DNA of 63,921 nucleotides, filler included. It is 5 parts of 5 records of this genome, joined end to end, with 100 filler letters (N's around TTAATTAATTAA, not from the genome) between each part and the next. Parts side by side here need not be neighbours in the genome. Positions count along the whole stretch, not along the records: positions 27,164 to 42,991 come from DRR723986_10069; positions 43,092 to 50,255 come from DRR723986_10077; 3 more parts are not named here. One strand, 5' to 3'. The notes beneath the pieces were generated by a model that saw nothing but the letters and a program-made list of their open reading frames with translations, was not told the origin of the DNA and searched no databases. Position numbers and translations under genes: made by a program. Position 1 is the stretch's first letter; each line of letters starts with the position of its first letter. Shown here one piece after another: positions 39,702 to 49,318 of this stretch.

Positions 39702-40652
39702 CTAATGCATCGTGCGATAGGCCGCCGGGGACAATCCAATCTGCTTCTTGAACACCCGCGAAAACGCCGCCTCAGAGGCATACCCGACCTCGGCCGCGGC
39801 ATCCGCCACGTTCCAATTGTTTTCCGTCAGCCCATGACAGGCGATCTGCATTCGCCACGCGGTCAGATATTGCATCGGTGTCACGTCCATCTTGTCCGAA
39901 AACATCTGTGCAAACGCGGTCCGTGACATGCCCGCCTCGCGCGCCAACCCCTCAACACTCCAGTCTTGGGCGGGGGCGTGGTGAAAGGCAGTCAATGCCC
40001 GCGAAATGCGCGGGTCCGCAAACCCGGCGAGGGCCGCGTCATTGGGGCTTTGATGTTCAAGATAGGCGCGAATGGCCTGTGCAAACAGCACTTCGGACAG
40101 TTTCAGAGCGATCAGATCGCCCCCAATCCGCGCGCCCGTCACCTCGGACCCGATCATCCGTAGGGTCGATTGCATCCAGGCCCCGGCCTCTTCGCCATAG
40201 TTTTCAATCACGATGAACGGCGGCAGCCGGTCCAGCAACATATGCCCGGTGCCCTGACGCCCCGGCGGGCCGGAAAACGAAAAGTGACCACAGACCAATT
40301 GCGTATCGCGATCATCCTCGTCCCCGCCATAGATCAGCACACCGTCCCCTTGGTACCCGGCATCCTGCAACACCCGGTCCAGCGGCAGCGCGTCCATCGG
40401 CTGCACCTCGTTGCACAGCAACATATGCTCCGCCCCATGCGGGATCAGGATCAGATCGCCTTGTGTAAGCCGTTTGGTTTCGCCTGTGGCCGGCACATGC
40501 ACCTTTAGCTCGCCGCGTTGGACAAAATGAAACCGCGCCACGTTTTCAAACGCCGGGACTTTGATGCCAAAGGGCGGCGTGAACGAAGTGCGAAAATACA
40601 ATGTCCCCTTTAGGGCCATTCGGGTGAGGATATCGCTCAGCAGATCTAACAT
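39702..40652 (-). CDS. AraC family regulator with cupin domain
   Basis: MLDLLSDIL, FHFVQRG, LAREAGMSR, PMQYLTAWRMQ, VGYASEAAFSRVFK. Confidence 0.92.
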   Translation of the reverse strand: MLDLLSDILTRMALKGTLYFRTSFTPPFGIKVPAFENVARFHFVQRGELKVHVPATGETKRLTQGDLILIPHGAEHMLLCNEVQPMDALPLDRVLQDAGYQGDGVLIYGGDEDDRDTQLVCGHFSFSGPPGRQGTGHMLLDRLPPFIVIENYGEEAGAWMQSTLRMIGSEVTGARIGGDLIALKLSEVLFAQAIRAYLEHQSPNDAALAGFADPRISRALTAFHHAPAQDWSVEGLAREAGMSRTAFAQMFSDKMDVTPMQYLTAWRMQIACHGLTENNWNVADAAAEVGYASEAAFSRVFKKQIGLSPAAYRTMH

Positions 40653-40730
40653 GAGGCTAGGATAGGGATGCAGACCCAAACGTCCATGGCGCAGGACGAT
40701 CTGCATGTAAACTTGCCGTTATGAGCAGAG

Positions 40731-41168
40731 TTACCCGGCCAACCGCAACCGATCCGTTAAAACCCGGATACGGTCGCGCAAATCAATCAGCTCTTTGGCA
40801 TCATTCCCCGCCGTTTCCAGAATACACCGCGAGATTTCAACCGATTGCGCCTCGAGCGCGCGGCCGGCTTCGGTCAAAGACACGATCACGCTGCGCTCAT
40901 CTTCTGGGTTGCGACGACGGATCAGCAAGCCGCCCGCCTCCATCCGTTTCAGCAGCGGTGTCAGGGTGCTTGATTCCAACGACAGATCCGCGCCCAGATC
41001 ATTCACCTTGCGCGCGTCCTGATCCCACAACGCGATCAGCACCAGATACTGAGGGTACGTCAGGCCCAGTTTCGCCAGCAACGGGCGATACAATCGCCCC
41101 ATCGCATGGTTGGCCGAATACAGTGCAAAGCACAGGTGATCATCAAGGGTCATGGTTTGGTTCGTCAT
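40731..41168 (-). CDS. ohrR: Organic hydroperoxide sensor OhrR (MarR family)
   Basis: LDDHLCFALYSA with sensing Cys, LTYPQYLVL, TLTPLLKRME; divergent from ohr. Confidence 0.92.
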   Translation of the reverse strand: MTNQTMTLDDHLCFALYSANHAMGRLYRPLLAKLGLTYPQYLVLIALWDQDARKVNDLGADLSLESSTLTPLLKRMEAGGLLIRRRNPEDERSVIVSLTEAGRALEAQSVEISRCILETAGNDAKELIDLRDRIRVLTDRLRLAG

Positions 41169-41263
41169 CGCACAGATATAAATCGCGCACGACTATATCG
41201 CAAGGTCTTGTCAGAGCACGGGTGTTGCCCTAACTGTATCGCACACGATTTAATCGCACACGA
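41167..41263. promoter_or_regulatory. Probable OhrR operator array
   Basis: ATCGC(A/G)CACGA-like units at 41167, 41182, 41197 and 41238, 41253 (15-nt register). Confidence 0.65.
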
Positions 41264-41282
41264 ACAACCATTGGAGCATACC

Positions 41283-41711
41283 ATGACAATCAGTCCCGTT
41301 TACACCGCCGTCGGAACCGCCACTGGGGGCCGCAATGGCCGCGGCACAGTTGACGCATCTGGTCTGGACCTGACACTCGCCGCGCCCACAGAAATGGGTG
41401 GCAACGGTCAAGGCAGCAACCCCGAGCAGCTGTTCGCTGTTGGGTATTCGGCCTGCTACATCGGTGCGATGCAATTCGCGACCACGCAGGATGAAACGCT
41501 GGCCAAAGTGCCCGCAGATGTGTCCGTCACAACGAATGTCGGCATTGGTCCCAACGGTCAGGGTGGCTTTGGCCTGACGGTCAAAATGTCCGTTCACATG
41601 CCCGGCGTGGATAAGGCCGAAGCAGAACGCATCGCCGAAGCGGGTCACAAAATCTGCCCCTACTCCAACGCAATCTCGGGCAACGTCGACGTCACAACCG
41701 AAGTTGTCTGA
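41283..41711 (+). CDS. ohr: Organic hydroperoxide resistance protein
   Basis: TGGRNG, NPEQLFAVGYSACY, HKICPYSNA. Confidence 0.96.
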   Translation: MTISPVYTAVGTATGGRNGRGTVDASGLDLTLAAPTEMGGNGQGSNPEQLFAVGYSACYIGAMQFATTQDETLAKVPADVSVTTNVGIGPNGQGGFGLTVKMSVHMPGVDKAEAERIAEAGHKICPYSNAISGNVDVTTEVV

Positions 41712-41714
41712 ACG

Positions 41715-41746
41715 AAAAAAAGCGCGGGGATCTCTCCCCGCGCTTT
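41715..41746. terminator. Bidirectional terminator (ohr / ilvE)
   Basis: AAAGCGCGGGGA-tctc-TCCCCGCGCTTT with A7 tract. Confidence 0.88.
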
Positions 41747-41768
41747 CAATATCTAAAGACCTTAAAGA

Positions 41769-42635
41769 TTAAGCGCGCACCAGCGCCTCGTAATCTTCGG
41801 CGATCTGGCGGGTCATGTCGCCCACCTCAAAGGTATAGTCGCCGATCTGGCCCACAGGCGTCACTTCGGCAGCGGTCCCAGTCAGCCAGCACTGCTCGAA
41901 ATCAGCCATTTCCTCGGGCTTGATACGACGTTCGTGAACGGTGATACCTTTGTCTTTCAGCATCTGAATCACGGTCTGACGGGTGATCCCGTTCAAAAAG
42001 CAATCCGCCAGTGGCGTGTGCACTTCGCCGTCTTTCACGAAAAACACGTTTGCGCCGGTCGCTTCGGCCACATAACCGCGCCAATCCATGAACAACGCAT
42101 CCGAACAGCCTTTGGCCTCGGCTTTGTGCTTAGAGATGGTGCAGATCATGTACAGACCCGCAGCCTTGGCGTGCACAGGAATGGTTTCTGGCGACGGGCG
42201 TTTCCACTCGGCAATGTCCAACTTGGCGCCCTGCATTTTGGCGTCACCGTAATAGGCACCCCAACCCCAAACAGCGATGGCCATGCGCACTGGGTTCTTG
42301 GCCGAGGCCACGCCCATGTCTTCGCCCGAACCGCGCCATACAACCACGCGCACATAGGCATCGGTCAGGCCGCTGGCTTTCAGCGTCTCTTCCTTGGCGG
42401 CTTCGATCTCATCGACCGAGTACGGCATCGGCATATCCAATGCCTCGGCCGAGGCGATCAAACGCACGGAATGCTCGCGGCTTTTGAAAATCTTACCGTT
42501 ATAGGCGCGTTCGCCTTCGAACACGGAACTGGCATAGTGCATGGCGTGGGTCAGGATATGCACCTTTGCATCCCGCCAATCCACCAACGCGCCATCCATC
42601 CAGATCGAACCATCGCGATCGTCATAACCCGACAT
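41769..42635 (-). CDS. ilvE: Branched-chain amino acid aminotransferase
   Basis: HYASSVFEG, AKAAGLY (PLP Lys), EATGAN, LNGITRQ, GTAAE. Confidence 0.95.
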   Translation of the reverse strand: MSGYDDRDGSIWMDGALVDWRDAKVHILTHAMHYASSVFEGERAYNGKIFKSREHSVRLIASAEALDMPMPYSVDEIEAAKEETLKASGLTDAYVRVVVWRGSGEDMGVASAKNPVRMAIAVWGWGAYYGDAKMQGAKLDIAEWKRPSPETIPVHAKAAGLYMICTISKHKAEAKGCSDALFMDWRGYVAEATGANVFFVKDGEVHTPLADCFLNGITRQTVIQMLKDKGITVHERRIKPEEMADFEQCWLTGTAAEVTPVGQIGDYTFEVGDMTRQIAEDYEALVRA

Positions 42636-42793
42636 GCCACATCCTCCTGAGCAGGGTCATTTTGCAAATATTGCGCCAATTACATCCGAACCGGACACAT
42701 TATTGCGTCAAAACTGCGATTCGATACCTGTTGACTCTTGGAATGTCAATAAGACTGACATAAAGTGATCCCTAAATAACAATGAGGCACACC

Positions 42794-42991
42794 ATGACTG
42801 AGGCGCGTTCCGCTCCGGCCTATGGCGGCGAAAGTCTGCTGTTTTTGACCGATGAACAGCTGCGACAGGGCATTGAGGCGATGTTTTTCGCCTATCGCGG
42901 CTTTACGGCTGATCCCGACCGCATTCTGGCCGAAATGGCCTATGGTCGCGCCCACCACCGGGCCATCCACTTTATCAACCGGGCGCCGGGC
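42794..42991 (+). CDS. MarR family regulator, PetP-like (3'-truncated)
   Basis: LFLTDEQLRQGIEAMFFAYRGFTADPD..GRAHHRA; cut by spacer. Confidence 0.75.
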
Positions 42992-43091
42992 NNNNNNNNN
43001 NNNNNNNNNNNNNNNNNNNNNNNNNNNNNNNNNNNTTAATTAATTAANNNNNNNNNNNNNNNNNNNNNNNNNNNNNNNNNNNNNNNNNNNN
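42992..43091. other. Artificial contig spacer
   Basis: 44 N + TTAATTAATTAA + 44 N. Confidence 0.99.
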
Positions 43092-43568
43092 GGCTTGACC
43101 TTTGCCGTCATAGCCAAACCGACGGGTTTTCAGGATGGACGGAGCACCGATTGTTTCGAGAGCCGCGTCTAGGTCGTCTTGGCTGGCAATATCAGCAAAG
43201 GGGGCGGTTTGCAGGCCCAGTTCCTGCAGGAAATTTTTCTCGGTCAGACGGTCCTGACTGACGCGCAAAGCCTCGCGGCCCGGGCGGATTGGGCAGTGGG
43301 CTTCGATGACATCCAGAGCGGCCGTGGGGATGTTTTCGAACTCATACGTCACCACGTCGACAGATTGCGCAAACGCCTGAAGCGCGGCGGCATCATCATA
43401 GCTGGCCATAGTGACCTGATCTGCGACGTGCCCGGCAGGGGGGTTGGCACCGGGTTCGAAAATATGCGTGACAAAGCCAAGGCGAGACGCCGCAACCGAC
43501 AACATGCGACCCAGTTGACCGCCGCCGAGAATACCAATGGTGGCCCCGGGTTTTAAAACATTAGTCAT
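43092..43568 (-). CDS. purK: N5-CAIR synthetase (3'-truncated)
   Basis: [31 protein letters not shown]. Confidence 0.95.
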
Positions 43569-44049
43569 CCTGAGGCTCCTCTGGGATTGATGCGGACAGG
43601 GCCTCGCGCCAATCATCCAGCCGCTGGGCCAGATCTGAATCTTGCAGGGCAAGGATGCCAGCTGCCATCAGGCCCGCATTGGCGGCCCCTGCGGCCCCGA
43701 TTGCCATTGTCGCAACGGGAAAGCCTTTGGGCATCTGCACGATGGAATACAGAGAATCGACGCCAGATAGGGCACGGGTCTGAACCGGGACGCCAACAAC
43801 GGGCACACGGGTTTTCGAGGCCATCATACCTGGCAAGTGGGCCGCGCCACCCGCACCGGCGATAATAACGTGCAAACCACGATCTGCGGCGGTTTTGCCG
43901 TACTCCCACAACCGATCGGGTGTCCGATGGGCAGAAACGATGCGGGTTTCATATGCAATACCCAGTTCATCCAGAATCTCGGCAGCACCTTTCATGGTAG
44001 GCCAATCTGACTGGCTCCCCATGATAATTCCAACTCGTGTCTCGGCCAT
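43561..44049 (-). CDS. purE: N5-CAIR mutase
   Basis: [32 protein letters not shown]. Confidence 0.97.
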   Translation of the reverse strand: MAETRVGIIMGSQSDWPTMKGAAEILDELGIAYETRIVSAHRTPDRLWEYGKTAADRGLHVIIAGAGGAAHLPGMMASKTRVPVVGVPVQTRALSGVDSLYSIVQMPKGFPVATMAIGAAGAANAGLMAAGILALQDSDLAQRLDDWREALSASIPEEPQDD

Positions 44050-44127
44050 ATTCAAGCGCCCTTTTGTCGAAAGAGCGCGCACTATAGCCAATTCATCCAG
44101 CGTGGCAATGAGCCGGGGCCAAATGCC

Positions 44128-44352
44128 TCAGGCGATGATGTCGGGGGTCAGGCGATCCTCGATCCGAGTGATCAGATCTTTGAGGCGCAATTTCTGCATC
44201 TTGAGGCGCTTGAGGGTCAATTGATCACTGGTCCCGCGTTCGGACAAAGCCTGAATCGCCTCATCCAGATCGCGGTGCTGACGGCGGAACACCTCTAGCT
44301 CGACCCGGAGAACGTCGTTGGTTTTCATCGATAGATCAGTAGGGGCATTCAT
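44128..44352 (-). CDS. DUF465 / YdcH family protein
   Basis: HRDLDEAI, LKRLK..KLRLKD, PDIIA end. Confidence 0.88.
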   Translation of the reverse strand: MNAPTDLSMKTNDVLRVELEVFRRQHRDLDEAIQALSERGTSDQLTLKRLKMQKLRLKDLITRIEDRLTPDIIA

Positions 44353-44419
44353 GGGGCGACTCGAATTTTGTTGCTCTTGTTGGCCCTAGGATACGCCTTC
44401 ACCTTGTTTTCGCCTAGAC

Positions 44420-44448
44420 CTTGTGAATTGTAGTTTTTCTTCCCATAT
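44420..44448 (+). promoter_or_regulatory. RpoH (sigma-32)-type promoter of hsp20
   Basis: CTTG-N18-CCCATAT upstream of a small heat-shock gene. Confidence 0.7.
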
Positions 44449-44456
44449 TCAGAGTT

Positions 44457-44519
44457 GTGCGATTGCCTCGTTAGGGATCGTGCGCCCCGTCGCTTTGACA
44501 TAAAAGGACGATAGACGTG
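44457..44519 (+). ncRNA. ROSE-like RNA thermometer in hsp20 5' UTR
   Basis: Two hairpins; second pairs CGUC-G-CUUU (contains UCGCU) with AAAGGACG covering the SD. Confidence 0.5.
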
Positions 44520-44930
44520 TCGAAACTCACTTTGGGTTCATACCCACATATGCTTGGATTTGAGCAGTTGGAACGCCTGTTAGAGCGGTCCGCGAAATCA
44601 GGCAACGAAGGGTACCCGCCCTATAATATCGAACAGACATCCGATTATTCGTACCGCATCACCTTGGCTGTGGCCGGATTTGCTGAACAAGATCTCGCGA
44701 TTACGGTCGAAGATCGCCAGCTTGTGATCCGGGGTCGTCAACGCGATGACAGCGATGGGCGCGTGTTCTTGCACCGCGGTATTGCCGCCCGCCAGTTCCA
44801 GCGCATGTTTGTTTTGGCCGACGGGGTCGAAGTGGGCGATGCGGTCATGGAAAATGGCCTGTTGCACGTCGACCTGACGCAATCGCGTCCGGAAACAGTG
44901 GTGCAAACCATCAATATCAAGAAAGGGTAA
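44517..44930 (+). CDS. Small heat shock protein (Hsp20/IbpA family)
   Basis: YPPYNIE, LAVAGF, LHRGIAARQF, ENGLLHVDL. Confidence 0.94.
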   Translation: MSKLTLGSYPHMLGFEQLERLLERSAKSGNEGYPPYNIEQTSDYSYRITLAVAGFAEQDLAITVEDRQLVIRGRQRDDSDGRVFLHRGIAARQFQRMFVLADGVEVGDAVMENGLLHVDLTQSRPETVVQTINIKKG

Positions 44931-44934
44931 ATCG

Positions 44935-45159
44935 ATGCAGACTCCTCAGAACCTTGATGAAGAAACCGGTCGGCTGGTCTATGTGAAGACCGTTGATGTC
45001 GCTGACCTGCCTGACCAACTGCGCGAAGAAGCCGGTGAGCTGGAACAGCTCTATGCGGTGCATGACGAAAAGGGGCAGCAATTGGCCCTGGTCGCGGATC
45101 GCAATATGGCGTTTGTGCTTGCGCGCGAGCATGACTATTCGCCGGTTGCCGTGCACTGA
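44935..45159 (+). CDS. DUF1150 family protein
   Basis: VYVK, LYAVH...LALV..R..AF..AR, terminal VH; usual partner of hsp20 in Alphaproteobacteria. Confidence 0.85.
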   Translation: MQTPQNLDEETGRLVYVKTVDVADLPDQLREEAGELEQLYAVHDEKGQQLALVADRNMAFVLAREHDYSPVAVH

Positions 45160-45326
45160 TCAAACACGGACATCGTTGGAAAATGGAATGTGGGCCTCGG
45201 TTGGGAAACCGGGGCTTTTTGCTGCGCGGTGGGCTGGCTGTTTGGGTGTGATTATGGCAGTTTAGCAGGTGCATTAGATGCGCTGCGCCGCCTAGCCAAT
45301 TGCGGGCGCGGACCATGGAGGTAATC

Positions 45327-46217
45327 ATGCGCTGGTTTGATTTTGATTGGGTTGATGCCTTTACTGACCGCCCCTTTGGCGGGAATGGGTGTGCTGTCGT
45401 ACATGGAGGCGCGCATTTGCCGGTGGCGATTTGCACGGCCTATGTGCGTGAAACGTCGCTGGTGGAATGTACGTTCACTGGACCGTCGGACATCGCAGAC
45501 ATCAAGGTGCGCTACTTTCTAGCAAGTCGGGAAATTCCGTTTGCGGGGCATCCAACGATCGCCACCGTCGCTGCAATGCGGTCACGCGGCCTGATTGATG
45601 GGCAATCGCTGACATTGGAAACGGGGGCAGGGCTGGTTCATATTCAGTTGGACGGCGACAGTATTGAAATGACGCAGATCGCCCCGGAATTCGGTGCTTT
45701 GGTGCCTGCTGATCTGGTGGCCGAGGTGATCAGCCTGCCGGAAGATGCCATTATTTCTCCACCTCAAGTTGTCTCTACTGGCTTGCCGTTCTGTATCACT
45801 GTTCTAAAGGATCAAGAGGCGCTTAAATCGGCGAAATTGGATACCAATGCCTTGCGCATGATGTTGGCGGATCAAGGCTATGCAGGGACCGACATGATGG
45901 AGCCGTTCCTGGTCACGCTGAGCGGGTCGACGGATCAGGGGGATACCTCGGCCAGATTGTTGCTGGCGCCACCCAGCCCGGCAGAGGATCCGTTCACTGG
46001 ATCAGCAACCGGCGCGATGGCGGCTTACCTTTGGCATTATGGCCTGATGGAAAAGGACAGCTTTGTTGCTGAGCAAGGGCACGGCATGGGGCGTCCGGGA
46101 CAGGCGCAGGTCACGCGCGTTGGTCCGGCAGATGCGATGACAGGTATTCGTGTTGCTGGTCAGGGGTTTGTGTTGATGCGCGGGCAAGTGGCTTTGGCGG
46201 ATGAGAGCGCCGCATGA
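45327..46217 (+). CDS. PhzF family epimerase/isomerase
   Basis: VDAFT..PFGGN, EIPFAGHPT, EDPFTGSA, EQG..MGRP; GGAGG RBS. Confidence 0.92.
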   Translation: MRWFDFDWVDAFTDRPFGGNGCAVVHGGAHLPVAICTAYVRETSLVECTFTGPSDIADIKVRYFLASREIPFAGHPTIATVAAMRSRGLIDGQSLTLETGAGLVHIQLDGDSIEMTQIAPEFGALVPADLVAEVISLPEDAIISPPQVVSTGLPFCITVLKDQEALKSAKLDTNALRMMLADQGYAGTDMMEPFLVTLSGSTDQGDTSARLLLAPPSPAEDPFTGSATGAMAAYLWHYGLMEKDSFVAEQGHGMGRPGQAQVTRVGPADAMTGIRVAGQGFVLMRGQVALADESAA

Positions 46218-47083
46218 CCCAATCCCCTGCAATTGCGGTGCTGCCGTATGGGACCCGTTTGGGGTTAAACCTCGCGACGGTTCCAACCGAAGCGCTGTCG
46301 TGGCCCGAAGGGTGCCCAGAGCGCCTGTTGGGCAAGACCGTGGCCGATTTCCTGCCAAGCGATCACCTGTTGACCTATCCAAAGACGGATATGCATTTCC
46401 GATTGAAGTTTGGCACTCGGGCGCAAATTTCTTTGATGTTTGGGGAACCCTCTGAAATCATTTCGAAACATCTCAACTTGCTGCGGGTGACGTATCGGCG
46501 GTTCTTTAAGATTTTGACATTCAACGAAACCTTGCTGTCTCGGATTCCGAACGGGATTTTCTTTCCGTTTGGGTCAACTTGGGTTCCGGGGTGGCGTGAT
46601 TTTAATTACGCTAAAGAGAAATCATGTTCGTTGATTGCTTCGGCTAAGCGGGACACCACAGGGCACAGGTTGCGCCATGCGGTTGTCGATTGGGTGCGTG
46701 AAACCTCGCAAGACGTTGATATCATGGGACGTGGGTATTTGCCGTTTGATCACAAGGCTGACGGTCTTGGTCCCTATCGATATTCGGTGGTGATCGAAAA
46801 CGTTCAGGAACGGAATTACTTTTCAGAGAAGCTGGTCGATACAATCTTGTGCAACACGGTTCCGATTTATTGGGGGTGTCCGAACTTGGACCGGTTTGTC
46901 GACCCTGCCGGGATTATCCAATGTCAGTCCGAAGCTGACATTCGTCAGGCGGTCCAGAATGTGTCAGAGGCGGATTACCGCGCCCGGCTACCTCATATCC
47001 AGGCTTTGCAATCCCAGATGGCCGAATTTGGTGACATAGAACGGCGCGCAGTGCAGGCTTTGCGCGCCAGCCTGACAGAGTAG
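46214..47083 (+). CDS. Glycosyltransferase family 10 (fucosyltransferase-like)
   Basis: YRYSVVIEN...NYFSEKL......TVPIYWG motif. Confidence 0.8.
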   Translation: MTQSPAIAVLPYGTRLGLNLATVPTEALSWPEGCPERLLGKTVADFLPSDHLLTYPKTDMHFRLKFGTRAQISLMFGEPSEIISKHLNLLRVTYRRFFKILTFNETLLSRIPNGIFFPFGSTWVPGWRDFNYAKEKSCSLIASAKRDTTGHRLRHAVVDWVRETSQDVDIMGRGYLPFDHKADGLGPYRYSVVIENVQERNYFSEKLVDTILCNTVPIYWGCPNLDRFVDPAGIIQCQSEADIRQAVQNVSEADYRARLPHIQALQSQMAEFGDIERRAVQALRASLTE

Positions 47084-47145
47084 GGCGCTGTCCTCATATC
47101 GTATCCATTTCTCAACGCGAGGGCCGTTTGGATGGCTTTGATGTG

Positions 47146-48825
47146 TTAAGCCTTTGGTTTGCTTAGGTCGGTAAACAAGTTTGCGCCACTGGGGTAAGCC
47201 AGTGCGAAAACGGGCTCTGAGACACCTCTTAGTGCGAATTCTTGCAACGGCGTGTCGTCGTTGAGCAATTGGGCTGCCTCTAGCACCTGAGCTGAGACAA
47301 GCAGCTCAACACCCAGAATTTTGGTTTCGCTTTCTAAGCGGCTGGCCGCATTCACGGTGTCGCCGATCAGGGTGCGTGGGGCATTGCCTGCCGCGCCAAT
47401 CTCTCCGAGGACGAGATTGCCCAGATGGAGCCCCATGCCGATCTTGACGGGTTGGCTGCCTTCGCCTTTGAGGACTTCGTTGAACTGCACCAGAGCGTTG
47501 CTTATCGCTGCTGTTGCTTGCAGCCCCGCTTTGGCTGAACTTTCGGCATCGCGGGTTTCGAAAACGGCGAGCAGCCCGTCGCCCAGATATTTGTCAACTT
47601 CGCCCCCGGCTTTGATGATTTGCGGGACGATGGCGTCGAAAAAGCGGTTCAGCAGGAAAACCACGTCATAGGGCAGCTGGCCTGTTGTGCGCGCGGTAAA
47701 GCCCCGCATGTCTAGAAACAGGATGGCCAATTGACGTTCTTGCCCTTGGCTTGCGTGGGCTCGGTGGCGGCCGCCTTCGGGACGGAAGACGCGAAAAACG
47801 GTTGCTGGGTGTGTTGGGCGGATCTGGCAGGCTAGTCGGGTGTTTGGGCCAGCATTTACAGCGCGCAAGCTGCGCAATTCTGCCTCGGAGGGGGGGTGTA
47901 GCAAATCGCTGCCTTGTTCGACCTGAACCCGGCAGGTGGTGCACCGGCCTCGACCGCCACACAGGGCGGTGTGCGGAATGCCGTTGGCTTGCGAAATTTC
48001 TAACAAAGTCATGCCTTTTTCTGACGTGACCTCGGGGCCATCCACATATCGGATCCGGATTGATTTTCGACGACGCAGGAGTTTGCGAACCCCGTATGTG
48101 AAAAGGGTTAAGAGCAACAATGCCCAGAACAGGCGCGTGGACTGTGTGGTGGTTTCAAAGAGCGCCTGAAACGTCTCTGAAGAGGGCCAGTTATAGTGCT
48201 CCATCAAGGGTGCGCGCTGTTCGGGATCGACAAAGATCGAGAACATGCGTCGTCCTTCGGTTAGGACGCCGGCAAGTCCAAACGCCGGCACCAAGACCGC
48301 CACGCCGATGAGATAAGGCAACACGGTGCGCCACCACGTGGTTAGCCGGAGCCAGAAATGCAAACCAATGCAGCCATGCACCCAGACCACAAGCATCAGC
48401 AGGCTTTGTTTCCAGATCGAGTCATTGGGCCACATCAGAATGATAAGGTAGCTAAGCTCGTCATTGACGCTGAAAACTTCGTGGGCGTATCGGGTCTGGA
48501 CCAAATGGGCGAGCAACTGCAACGGGATGATTAGCCCTAATGTAACCTGCAGGATTTCGCTGAAGGGCATGCGAAGGTTGCGCCGGTTGGCAAGCTTTGC
48601 CAAGGCCAATCCGGCGTGTGCAATCAGCGACGCATAGAGGATCGTACTCATCAGCGGGTTGCGAACGGCTGCTGTCATACCGTCCTGCATTTCATCCATC
48701 AACTTAGGCGAGAGAAGCCCAAGTCCGATATTGATGAAGTGGAAAAAGGCATAGGTGAACAGGACCAGCCCAGAGATGATCCTTGCGCGGGTTTGCCAAT
48801 TGCCTCGCCACAAAACGCTGGTCAA
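47146..48825 (-). CDS. CyaC-like adenylate cyclase: His-rich membrane anchor, 2Fe-2S ferredoxin domain, class III cyclase
   Basis: Four TM His, CGGRGRCTTC...RLACQ, FLDMRGFT, DKYLGDG, TLIGDTVNAASRLE; GGAGG RBS before TTG 48825. Confidence 0.87.
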   Translation of the reverse strand: MTSVLWRGNWQTRARIISGLVLFTYAFFHFINIGLGLLSPKLMDEMQDGMTAAVRNPLMSTILYASLIAHAGLALAKLANRRNLRMPFSEILQVTLGLIIPLQLLAHLVQTRYAHEVFSVNDELSYLIILMWPNDSIWKQSLLMLVVWVHGCIGLHFWLRLTTWWRTVLPYLIGVAVLVPAFGLAGVLTEGRRMFSIFVDPEQRAPLMEHYNWPSSETFQALFETTTQSTRLFWALLLLTLFTYGVRKLLRRRKSIRIRYVDGPEVTSEKGMTLLEISQANGIPHTALCGGRGRCTTCRVQVEQGSDLLHPPSEAELRSLRAVNAGPNTRLACQIRPTHPATVFRVFRPEGGRHRAHASQGQERQLAILFLDMRGFTARTTGQLPYDVVFLLNRFFDAIVPQIIKAGGEVDKYLGDGLLAVFETRDAESSAKAGLQATAAISNALVQFNEVLKGEGSQPVKIGMGLHLGNLVLGEIGAAGNAPRTLIGDTVNAASRLESETKILGVELLVSAQVLEAAQLLNDDTPLQEFALRGVSEPVFALAYPSGANLFTDLSKPKA

Positions 48826-48977
48826 CGGTTCCTCCGGGTGCGTGGGTTTCACGTTGAGTAAATGTGCGGGGTTGGGGGGAGGCGGTCAAGGCACTGCCTG
48901 TGTGCACCAGATCACAAAACCGCGGTCCGGTGCATATTCTTGGGGAGAAGCGCAATGATAGGGCGCAAGCAAGCGCC

Positions 48978-49313
48978 TTAGCCCTCCAGGCCCCAGCCGT
49001 CGGGGCGAAAGCCGTGGTCCAAAGCGGTGCGTGTTGCGACCTCTTCGCTGATCCAGATGGCGGATGCAGATATGATTTGGTCGGGCAGTGTGGCGACAAG
49101 ATAAGGCGCGTCACCCTTTTCTTGGGCCGTCACGAACTGACATTCGTAGCCGTCATTGCTGAGGTGGTCGGCAAGCGGTTGCCAATCAGACGTTTCTGCC
49201 ATTGGAACAAAAAAGAAATCCACGTCGGCGATGTCGGGCAGGCCATGCTTGGCCTGCAGATCTGCGTAAACAGACAGAGTCTCAGCGCGTTGCGCAGTGA
49301 AATCGTGGGACAT
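48978..49313 (-). CDS. RraB-like small acidic protein
   Basis: DVDFFF and terminal PDGWG motif. Confidence 0.65.
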   Translation of the reverse strand: MSHDFTAQRAETLSVYADLQAKHGLPDIADVDFFFVPMAETSDWQPLADHLSNDGYECQFVTAQEKGDAPYLVATLPDQIISASAIWISEEVATRTALDHGFRPDGWGLEG

Positions 49314-49318
49314 GGGGC

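Noticed and set aside
41167-41263. CRISPR-like array
   Set aside because: Units are about 11 nt with 4-nt gaps and no cas genes; better explained as operators. No CRISPR array was seen anywhere in the window
45327-46217. Phenazine biosynthesis cluster
   Set aside because: Lone PhzF-family gene with no other phz genes
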